Source of the DNA: Macrostomum lignano
Taxonomy: Eukaryota
Length of the DNA stretch: 64,000 bases
Assembly: GCA_002269645.1 (NCBI GenBank)
Contig: NIVC01001200.1
Location: 248,001 to 312,000 of the forward strand
Direction of reading: 5' to 3'
Below the pieces are notes generated by a model, which saw only the letters and a list, made by a program, of their open reading frames with translations, made no database searches and had not been told where the DNA came from. Shown here in pieces: positions 37,789-49,700 of this stretch. Numbering within the stretch: position 1 is the stretch's first letter; every line of letters begins with the position of its first letter. The position numbers and the translations under genes were made by a program.

Positions 37789-40700
37789 ATGCCTTTGCCA
37801 GCCCTTTCACCCATAGTCTGCGTCACCGATCCAAGTGACAGGCTCTAATCCGATCAAACTTATTTAGGTTTGTGATTAACACTGCAACTATAAGCTATAT
37901 TGCTGCTAGTATCAATTGGGCAAATTTGCCAGCGCTCACGCATGTCTACTGTGCTCAATTCCGTTTGACAGACGCGACTCGAGCCCTGGAGCTGCTTGAG
38001 CAGTACCAGACTCAGCTGAACGCGACCGAGGACGCTAAGCTGAGGGCCGCCATCGAGCGAGTCATTCGAATCTTCAAGTCCAAGCTGTTTAATGCTCTTG
38101 TCGGTGAGTGCAATAGTTACAGCTCATAACGGACTGAACTGTATTTTGGGAACACAAACATCTCTAGCTGTGCAGTCTCAGTTCACCCCCACCGGCCCTA
38201 ACACAGAAATTCAAGAGTTTTACGAGGTGACGCTGCTGGATGAGAACAAATCGTTGGAGCAGAAAGCGATGGAAACTCAGCGAGTTGCCGACCGATGGGC
38301 CGACGGGCCTCAGTCTGCGAATGGACCGACGAGGCAGCAGAAGGTGAGTCGCTTTTTGGCAAGCTGACGGAATAACCAGTGGCTGAGTCAGGCTATTCAG
38401 TGACTGGATAGCAGGCTATTCAGTGACTGGATAGCAGGCTATTCAGTGACTGGATAGCAGGCTGTTCAGTGACTGGATAACAGGCTATTCAGTGACAGGA
38501 TAACAGGCTATTCAGTGACTGGATAACAGGCTATTCAGTGACAGGATAACAGGCTATTTAGTAACTAAAGTAAACAATCCAGTGCTGGAAAAAGTTGTAA
38601 GAGAAAGGTCTTTAAAATCTAGAGCCTTCTGAGCAGCTTTGGTACTTACGTGGCACACTGTCAGGGCTGCAACACGCTATCGATCGGTCTAGCATTGATT
38701 TGCTTTTAGTGGGAAAAAAGTAAGACCTTTTTGTGTGCTTGCGTCTGCTGTACTCAAATTCTAAAACTCTTGCGTGAGTTGCCGCTACCGGCCAATTGGA
38801 TTTGCTTTCCCATGCAGCCTCAAGCCGAACCGACTGCTCCGAAGGCCAACTAGTAGAGCACTCTTGGCACAATTCTCGGTGCACAATTAGCCATGGTAGT
38901 CGAGCCCGGGTGCAAACTCGATTTTGCTGAGCGCTCGCCGACTTCAAGTCATTGAGAATTCAATTTGCAGTCCTGTTTCTCTGTCTCTCTCCGGATGTCT
39001 TGCAGCCATTTCTGTTGAAATGTTTTCGGAACGAGAGTCGTAGAAGAAGCGGAGAAGAATTGCAGCAGTTTGATTGCAGGTGCGCTCACTTCTGCCGCTG
39101 TCCCGAAGCAGGCAGGCGCTCACACGGGGTGTAAAAAGCGGCTTTGACTATTTCCAAAGCAATCCGATATTTCTGACCCATGCAGGCTTGTTCGGCCCAC
39201 CCTAACGACGGGAAGTCAGAATTCTGAAAGCTGGAACTGAGCCCAGGCTTAATTCCATAAATAAGTAGCCAAATATGTATGCAGAATAAAAAAGTTCAGC
39301 ATCGTCTCAGAGATGATTCAAACTGCCTGCCTGCCATGCCATTAAGCTGATGCGATGTGACATGCTCAATACCCGCGGGAGTGCCGGGAAAATGGAAATG
39401 CAATTTTAGAGACTTACTTTCCTGTGGAGAGTGCATCTGGTCCAGAGATGGGACTAAGTTGTTCAGGCCTTGCCGGCTACTTACTACTTACTCTCCGGGC
39501 AAGTAGTTGCTGCGCAAAAAGCTGTCGATTTATGGTAGAAGGTAGAAGCTGAAGCACGAGTATTAAGGCCCTGAACAAAACCGGAATTTGAAGCGAGCGA
39601 AAAACAAGTCGGCTACCCTCGCGTGGAAAACTTTGCACGCACGTCCCCCGCTTTTTCTAGAAACCCGCCGCACCGTCATCTCCGCCGCCGCCACCGCCGG
39701 ACTCGTCCGTCGGCGCCTTCGAGGTGGTGCTCCGTCGACTCGCCGGTCAGGGCTTCGGCTTCAGCATCGCTGGCGGAGTCGACGAGCCGCACCAGCCCGG
39801 CGACAGCCGCCTGTTCGTCACGAAGGTCGCGCCGGGTGGCGTAGCCGAATCCGACGGCCGGATGTCTGTCGGTGACGTCATTCTGGCCGTGAACGGCGTC
39901 GACGTCACCTCTGTGTCGCACGAGGCGGCCGTATCGGCGCTGAAGATGTCGGGCGCTCAGCTCAGTCTCCTCATGTTGAGGCCGCCGCCTCAGCCGCAGC
40001 CGGCTTTGAAACCGACAGCTGAAGCTGCGCCTCTGCCGGCTGAGCCGCCAGTTACCATGGAGACTGGCGCTGAGGCCAACGGAGGTACATTTCTACCTGC
40101 TTGAGTTTTTTAGCTGCTAATCCAGTAAATTCCAGGAATGTTTATCTTAATGACTCGTCATGTCAGAGATTTACTTCTCGACTTCTCGAACTCACCTCGG
40201 ACTCACCTCTCGGACTCACCTCCTCGGACTCACCTCTCGGACTCACCTCTCGGACTCACCTCTCGGACTCACCTCTCGGACTCACCTCTCGGACTCACCT
40301 CTCGGACTCACCTCTCGGACTCACCTCTCGGACTCACCTCTCGGACTCACCTCTCGGACTCACCTCTCGGACTCACCTCTCGGACTCACCTCTCGGACTC
40401 ACCTCTCGGACTCACCTCTCGGACTCACCTCTCGGACTCACCTCTCGGACTCACCTCTCGGACTCACCTCTCGGACTCACCTCTCGGACTCACCTCTCGG
40501 ACTCACCTCTCGGACTCACCTCTCGGACTCACCTCTCGGACTCACCTCTCGGACTCACCTCTCGGACTCACCTCTCGGACTCACCTCTCGGACTCAACTC
40601 TCGGACTCACCTCTCGGACTCACCTCTCGGACTCACTATTGAAGCTTCTCCCACCCAATGCGTCTCCCGTGTTGCAGGCGGCGGCCCGCTGGAGGTGACG

Positions 40701-43700
40701 CTGTCCAAGACGGCCCGCGGCCTGGGCTTCAGCATCGCCGGCGGGACGGACAATCAGCACCTGCCTGGCGACGACTCGATCTTCGTCACGAAGGTGATCG
40801 ACGGCGGCGCCGCGCAGCACAGTGGCCGCATCGGCTTCGGCGACCGCCTACTGGCCGTTGACGGCCGCCCGTTGACCGCCTGCACCCACCAGGAGGCCGT
40901 GGCCACCCTCAAAGCCACCGGCGACCGGGTCCGCCTCACCGTTGGCAAGGCGACGCCCGAGGAGGTCGCCCTGCTCATTGAGCTGGATGAGGCTGCTCGG
41001 TTGGAGGAACAGGAGGCTGAAGCTGCGGCTGCTGGTGAGTTGCTGACTCATCTGTATGTGCTCAGCTATGGTTGCTGACTCATCTGTATGTGCTCAGCTA
41101 TGGTTGCTGACTCATCTGTATGTGCTCAGCTATGGTTGCTGACTCATCTGTATGTGCTCAGCTATGGTTGCTGACTCATCTGTATGTGCTCAGCTATGGT
41201 CTCTGACTCATCTGTATTTGCTCAGCTATGGTTGCTGACTCATCTGTATGTGCTCAGCTATGGTTGCTGACTCACCTGTATGTGCTCAGCTATGGTTGCT
41301 GACTCATCTGTATGTGCTCAGCTATGGTTGCTGACTCATCTGTATGTGCTCAGCTATGGTTGCTCACTCATCTGTATGTGCTCAGCTATGGTTGCTGACT
41401 CATCTGTATGTGCTCAGTTTTGGTTGCTGACTCACCTGTATGTGCTCAGCTATGGTTGCTGACTCATCTGTATGTGCTCAGCTATGGTTGCTGACTCATC
41501 TGTATGTGCTCAGCTATGGTCTCTGACTCACCTGTATGTGCTCAGCTATGGTTACTGACTCATCTGTATGTGCTCAGCTATGGTTGCTGACTCATCTGTA
41601 TGTGCTCAGCTATGGTTGCTGACTCATCTGTATGTGCTCAGCTATGGTTGCTGACTCATCTGTATGTGCTCAGCTATGGTTGCTGACTCATCTGTATGTG
41701 CTCAGCTATGGTCTCTGACTCATCTTTATGTGCTCAGCTATGGTTGCTGACTCACCTGTATGTGCTCAGCTATGGTCTCTGACTCATCTGTATGTGCTCA
41801 GCTATGGTTGCTGACTCACCTGTATGTGCTCAGCTATGGTTGCTGACTCACCTGTATGTGCTCAGCTATGGTTGCTGACTCACCTGTATGTGCTCAGCCA
41901 GTCTCTGATTGGTTGCTGGCTTACCATTGCCATTTTACTGTAAAGTACTTTTATGTCTTGCGGCATTTCGCACCCCTATTTAAAGAAGGGTCTTTTCACT
42001 CTACTCGTATCAGTAGTGCGAGGTGTGCAATTTCGTTGAGCTTCCATTCAAATTAGTTAATTTTCAACCAGATCTGTTTGTCAATTCATTCATATTGCGC
42101 TTAACTACTCGGTAGTAGTCAGTACAGATTTGCATATAAATAAAATTTGGACGTTGCGTTTCGATTGGCGGAATTTGAAACTGTTGCTGAAGGTAAGCCC
42201 GAGTCCCGCTGGATCATAACCAGATTACTAGCTGCCTGTCGCATTCATATTATTAGTGTTGCCGACACACCTACGGCAGAATGCTACACTGTCTCCTGAG
42301 TCTGCCTATAGACCTCACTGCGAGTAGCGCTCATGATTTAATAACGGACCATAACTTCTCACTTTGCTCTTGAGTTCTTTTAGACCCCCCCCCAGGTTAA
42401 TGTTTAATCAGCCCCATTCATTTGTACCTTTGGCTTTGAAAACAGACTGAGAGTTTCAAGCATTCTGAGTTGACATGCTTTGCGTTTCTTTTTGTCATTT
42501 CTCTCGCTCAGGCTGGGTCTGGGCGTGCGTCTCTCCACGCATTACACTGAGTTTGACATTTTATTCTGCGTGTACAGATGGGTCAGCTGACCCAGCCAAT
42601 AAGTTTGTACAAGTGGGTCAGCTGACCCAGCCAATAAGTCTGTACAGATGGGTCAGCTGACCCAGCCAATAAGTCTGTACAAGTGGGTCAGCTGACCCAG
42701 CCAATAAGTCTGTACAAGTGGGTCAGCTGACCCAGCCAATAAGTCTGTACAGATGGGTCAGCTGACCCAGCCAATAAGTCTGTACAGATGGGTCAGCTGA
42801 CCCAGCCAATAAGTCTGTACAGATGGGTCAGCTGACCCAGCCAATAAGTCTGTACAGGTTGGTCAGCTGACCCAGTCAGTGTGTAGAAATTGGGTCAGCC
42901 ATCTCCTGACCCAGTCAGAGTGTAGAGATTGGGTCAGCCATCTCCTGACCCAGTGAGTGTGTAGAGATTGGGTCAGCCATCTCCTGACCCAGTGAGTGTG
43001 TAGAGATTGGGTCAGCCATCTCCTGACCCAGTGAGTGTGTAGAGATTGGGTCAGCCATCTCCTGACCCAGTGAGTGTGTAGAGATGGGGTCAGCCATCTC
43101 CTGACCCAGTGAGTGTGTAGAGATTGGGTCAGCCATCTCCTGACCCAATCAGAGTGCGGAGCCTGGGTCAGCTGATCAGCAGATTCTGAGTTCATTGAGT
43201 ATTCATTTATAAATGACATTGAGTCCGACAAGCTTCCGCTTTTTGTTCAGCAATGCTTGCATTACTAAATGCCCTTTGGATTTTGCTGATAGGCAATCGA
43301 AGCATTTATATTTTGAGTTATTTCTAATAATTTTAAGAGACTTTTCCTCAGAACTAAAATAATTTTGAGTTCTATCTACTTATTGCCTTTTCTGTTGGCT
43401 GACGAATGAGTACTTTATCAAATTCTTATTTTTAGCAATTTCCTCTAAGAAATTAATTTGATGCAGCGGCAGGATTCTGGACCCCCCAACCGCCCTCACT
43501 CACTGCAGGAGGGGCCGCTCGCGGACTGCCCGGCTCGACGAGACCCAGCAGACCCGACGCTCAGCAAAGGCATGGTAAGTGACTGAGCTGCATGACCATA
43601 CCCTGACTGAGCTGCATGACCATACCCTGACTGAGCTGCATGACCATACCCTGACTGAGCTGCATGACCATACCCTGACTGAGCTGCATGACCATACCCT

Positions 43701-46700
43701 GACTGAGCTGCATGACCATACCCTGACTGAGCTGCATGACCATACCCTGACTGAGCTGCATGACCATACCCTGACTGAGCTGCATGACCATACCCTGACT
43801 GAGCTGCATGACCATACCCTGACTGAGCTGCATAACCATACCCTGACTGAGCTGCATGACCATACCCTGACTGAGCTGCATGACCATACCCTGACTGAGC
43901 TGCATGACCAAAATCTGACTGAATTCATGACCATAATCTGACTGAATTTATAAAAAAATCTAACTAAACCCATGACCATAATCTGACTGAATTGATGACC
44001 ATAATCTGAATAAATCCATGACCATAATCTGACTGAATCCTTGATCTGCGCGTACCATGACAATACACGCAGAGCTGACTGAATCTATGACAATAATCTG
44101 ATGATATTCGCAGTCATGAGGTCACAATGCAGTCATGAGGTCACAATGCAGTCATGAGGTCACAATGCAGTCATGAGGTCACAATGCAGTCATGAGGTCA
44201 CAATGCAGTCATGAGGTCACAATGCAGTCATGAGGTCACAATGCAGTCATGAGGTCACAATGCAGTCATGAGGTCACAATGCAGTCATGAGGTCACAATG
44301 CAGTCATGAGGTCACAATGCAGTCATGAGGTCACAATGCAGTCATGAGGTCACAATGCAGTCATGAGGTCACAATGCAGTCATGAGGTCACAATGCAGTC
44401 ATGAGGTCACAATGCAGTCATGAGGTCACAATGCAGTCATGAGGTCACAATGCAGTCATGAGGTCACAATGCAGTCATGAGGTCACAATGCAGTCATGAG
44501 GTCACAATGCAGTCATGAGGTCACAATGCAGTCATGAGGTCACAATGCAGTCATGAGGTCACAATGCAGTCATGAGGTCACAATGCAGTCATGAGGTCAC
44601 AATGCAGTCATGAGGTCACAATGCAGTCATGAGGTCACAATGCAGTCATGAGGTCACAATGCAGTCATGAGGTCACAATGCAGTCATGAGGTCACAATGC
44701 AGTCATGAGGTCACAATACAGTCATGAGGTCACAATGCAGTCATGAGGTCACAATGCAGTCATGAGGCCACAATGCAGTCATGAGGTCACAATGCAGTCA
44801 TGAGGTCACAATGCAGTCATGAGGTCACAATGCAGTCATGAGGTCACAATGCAGTCATGAGGTCACAATGCAGTCATGAGGTCACAATGCAGTCATAAGG
44901 TCGCAATGCAGTCATGAGGTCACAATGCAGTCATGAGGTCACAATGCAGTCATGAGGTCACAATGCAGTCATGAGGTCACAATACAGTCATGAGGTCACA
45001 ATGCAGTCATAAGGTCACAATGCAGTCATGAGGTCACAATGCAGTCATGAGGTCACAATGCATCCGCCCCTCCACCCGCAGCGGGATTTCAAGGTCCGGC
45101 CGACGGCGCCCCGAGCAGCAGCAAGAAGTCCAAAGGACTCGGCGGCCTGTTTGGCGGCGGCAAGAAGAAATGAAAACAAATTGTGCTCCTTGCTGCTTCA
45201 AGAAGAGACAGAGCGCCTCTTCCCGTGTCTCGGCAATGCCTTGTACTTTTTTGGATCGGCTTAACCAGTGAAATTTGCTGAGTTTTAAATCTCTGAGGTG
45301 TTACTAAATTAGTAGTGCCGCTGTCACTTGTCGCTCCTGTCACTAGTCACCGAACCGTTAAAAACATTGATCACTCACCATTAATCATTATTTACACATC
45401 AACAGTTTCGCCCCCATGACCGAAAGTTTTTGTTTTACCGAGAATACCCAATCTTTACATTGCATTGTCGCAGCTGGTCAATTGGACATTCCCAGTTTAT
45501 TCTCTCAATAAACTGTAGCGTTTTAGACAATATACTTGCGATCGTGTGATAATGATAGCTTAGTTTTACGTTTTCCTCAACCAATTTCAAAGTGCACAAT
45601 ATACTTTGAAAAAATTCGGTCTCGAGTTCTCCCCATCAGTACTCGGTGGTCCGCGCCAGTTATTTTTGCAATCGGGAGCGGCCCGTGGAAGCAAAATCCG
45701 GTCTGGCGCAGCTGGCCAAGGCAGCGCTGCCGAAATCCCCCTCCCCGCCCAGCGCAGCTTTGACTCTGATGGCAGCTAAGGGGATTTCGCGCCTGAGAAA
45801 TGCATAGGGGATCGGCAGTGCTGCACTCTGTTGTGTCCCCACACTCGCTGGCCCTGTAATCACTGCTCTCACTGATGCTGCCGCGTCTCCCCCCCCCCCA
45901 ACTCGCTGTGTTTTTTGCTCCGCAGCCGTGCTCATTCATTCCTTCATCGGCCCCGGGGGGGGGGGGCTGTGACAGACTGCATGGCTGACTGGCTGGCTGG
46001 CTCGGTTTCAATCAGGCAGCGCAGATGAAGCAGAGAGGCTGCTGCAGCTCTGCCATCGGATATAATTTCAATCCGGTCCGCAGCGCCATGCGCGGTAATT
46101 ACTCGAGGAGGGGGGAGGCTGATGAGGCGCACCACGCACACGCGCACTGCGCCGGCTTGGGTTCCCATCGGGTCGGCTTCTCCTCTTCCCGGCCTGCTGC
46201 TGGTGTGCGGTTTCCGAGGGCTGCGGGCCCGCGCGGTTCATCGGCTGCGGACAATGCGGAAGCGATCTGGGGGATTCTGCTCCCCCATTCAAATCTGCCG
46301 GTGCAGCTTTCTGCTCTGCTGAGCAGCTCATCAGCTCCGCGTGTTGCAGAATTCGCTTATAGAGCTTGTATAGGCATGTCAGCGTGACGGATGGCGTTCT
46401 GTCTTTAGGTTTGTGTAGGCATGTCAGGGTGACGGATGGCGTGCTGTCTTCAGGTTTGTGTAGGCATGTCAGGGTGACGGATGGCGTGCTGTCTTCAGGT
46501 TTGTGTAGGCATGTCAGGGTGACGGATGGCGTGCTGTCTTCAGGTTTGTGTAGGCGTGTCAGGGTGACGGATGGCGTGCTGTCTTCAGGTTTGTGAAGTC
46601 ATGTCATTGTGACCTACCGTACATGTATTCTTTGACGCTTTTGTTTCATCTTACTAATCATAGAAAGATTTATTAGACTGTGTAAGTCAGGAGTTCAGAT

Positions 46701-49700
46701 GAGTTGTTACCTACAGCTAACAACAAACTTTCGAATTTGGGACCTGAGGGGTTGCTGGAATCTCAGCAGCTTATAGAAGCGCTGCTACCAGGTAGAAGCG
46801 TCTGATAGAAGCTTCAGTAAGCAGCTGACAGAGGTGAGGACTCTGAGCCACTGGGCACGCGCAGAGTTTCTCATACACTTCTTAACTCGGCGTGTTAGCT
46901 CAGCTCAGCCCACCGCCCCTGTAGGACTCAGCTAAGCACCCAAGGTGAGCCGTGGTGAGGCGGCGGTAAAAGTCCCGCACTGACTGGCCCCGGCCTCAGT
47001 GGGGGAGCAGCTCCCCCTTAATCCCGAGCAGGCCATAAGTGGAATTGGGCATTTCACTTTTTACACTTTTATGACCTGCGATTGCCTTCTGCGGCCTTCT
47101 ACGCTGCCCCCCCGGCCCCGCGTGTGGGACTTCGCGGCAAGGCCTGGATGCCCGCAGCTGCCTCCTCCCTCGCTTATCTTCCTACGGTTGTCTTTCCCCC
47201 TCCAGTCGGGGCTAAATTTATCCCTGAAACAGCTTCCTACCGCTTGTACTCCCATCGATCCCTGATCCCCTGGGGAAGTTCCGGGTGGCAACTCGAACGC
47301 CTGTCTGCCTGCCAGGCCGCCACGAAGAAGCTGAAAATAAACAGAAGCTGCAGCGCGACCCCGCCGCTCACCTGGCGCCTTCCAGCGCATCTTTCAGTTG
47401 AAACCTCTGCTTTTTGGAAGCAATTTTAGAGAGCCAAAGCGCCGCAAGCTAACGCTGCCTCTCTCTGCCCCCCTCTGCACTCTCGCTGAACAGCTTCGAG
47501 TGGCTCAGCGCGCGGCAGCCTTCGACAGTCGCGACCGCGGCAGCGTCGACTGCGTCAGCGGCGGCACTCGCTGTCGGCTGTTGGAGAGGCGCACTTGGAC
47601 GGCGAACTGAACGGTTGGACTAGGTGAGTAACGGCAGATGTGTGAATTAAAAATCTAGGTCTGTGAATGAGCAATGCAGATGTGTGAATGAGGACTTCAG
47701 ATGTGTGAATGAGAAGTTCAGATGTGTGAATGAGAAGTTCGGATGTGTTAATGAGGAATTTAGATGTGTGAATGACTATTTCAGATGTGTGAAGGAGGAA
47801 ATTAGATGTGTGAAGGAGGAAATTAGATGTGTGAAGGAGGAGTTCAGATGTGTGAATGAGAAGTTCAGATGTGTGAATGAGGAGTTCTGATATGTGCATG
47901 AAGAATTCAGATGTGTGAATTAGGAATTCAGATGCGTGAATGAGGAATTCAGATGTGTGAATGAGGAATTCAGGTGCGTGAATGAAGAGTACAGATGTGT
48001 GAATGAGGGAATGCTAATAATAAACACAGCCAGAGACAAGAAAAGCCACATAATAGAGGCCAATAGGCAATATGGGTGATGGCCAATGGTCCAGTTTCCA
48101 AGCCAGAGCACTCATTATTCAAGAAATTTCAACTCTTTCATTCCGAATCGCGGAAGTCATTCGATCTGCGCCTTGCGATTTTCTCCGGCGGTCAATGCGG
48201 CCGGTCTGCCTCCCCCGGGACCGTCGGTGGACCGGCCGAAGTCTCCCACGGCAGGATGCGTACTGGAATTCTTTCAAGTCGCCGGCCTCCCATTTCCCCT
48301 CACTAAAAGGTCCGGGTCAGAGATCCGCAATGCCTATTTGCTATTCAAAGCGGCCTCAAATCTCCCTTAACTCCCGTCGGACTCAAACCGGCAACCTACC
48401 AACGCGAGTCTGGGGTTCGAATCTTGGTCCAACTTCTTCCTGGCCTCCTCCGTTGCCCCCCCCCCAGACTCTCCGCTCGTTTTTCGGTCGACTTGCCGCC
48501 ACGCATCGCTGACTCAAATCTGCTCAGCCTGCCCAGGCCTGAGCGCTGCGGCAGCCTCGGCCAAGCAGCATGCAGGAGCCGGACTTCCTGCCCCTCAGCT
48601 GCCTGACAGGGGACTCTCCCCTCTCCCCCTCTCCTTCTCTCTCCCTCTCTCCCTCTCTCCCTGTCTGCCTCTATCTCCCTCTCCCCCTCTCGCCCTCTCC
48701 CTCTCTTCCCCTCTCCCTCTCTCCCCATCTCCCTCTCACCCTCTCTCCCTCTCTCCCCCTCTCCCTCTCTCCCCCTCTCCCTCTCTCCCCATCTCCCTCT
48801 CTCCGCCTCCACCTCTCCCCCTCTCCCTCTCTCCCCCTCTCCCTCTCTCCCCCTCTCCCTCTCTCCCTCTCTCCCTCTCCTCCTCTGCCCCTCTCCCTCT
48901 CTCCCTCTCTAATTCTCTCCTTCTCTCTCCCCGCCTCTCCCTATCTCTCTCTACCTCTCTCCGCTCGGTGTCTCCTACCTACCTCTCTGAAGCATCCTCT
49001 CACTCTTTCCCAATCTCTCCACTCTCCACTTCTCATTCTCACCCTGGATCTCCCTCTCCCGGTATCAATTTCCTTGCCCTCCGTGCCCCCCTCTCCCCTC
49101 CCTCCACCCCGCTAGCCCGGTGCCCCCCAGCAGCAGCCGCTGACCCCAGCAGCAGGAAGTCGCAAGGCGCTGCCGCGGTCTTGGTGGGACTCGAGCAGCG
49201 GTGGCCGAGAGTGCAGCGGCGGCCGCGGTCACCGTCCGCCTGCCTCTGCCATTCCCTCTCGCTTCCCAGCTCCTCTCCGCCTCGCCACTTCCCACTGGCT
49301 CTCCCCGAGCTGCCATGGGGATTTACGCGCCCTCTTCTCCCTTCCTGCCCTCGCCCCTCTGCCCCGCTACCGAAGGCCACACTTTCCCCGCCCCTTCTGC
49401 CAGTAAATATATAGAGGCTGCGGCCGAGGGCAGGCAGAGAGGAAGAAGAGGCCCAAGCCCCTCCCGTGCCGCAGCCGCATCCGCCGCAGTTTCCAAGCCC
49501 CATCGCCCCGAAACTGCTTGTTCCTCTTTGAACTGGCGGCCTGCAGCAGACAGCAAGAAGCAAGCGGAACGCAAGAAAAGTTTCTTTCTGCATCGCTGCC
49601 CCCAGGCGAAGCCAAGCCGTAGAATAAAGGAGACGCTTCCCCTTTTCCCCGCCGGCGCCGAGGCCTCCCCCGCATAGCAGCGGCACGCTAAACAGTTTAT

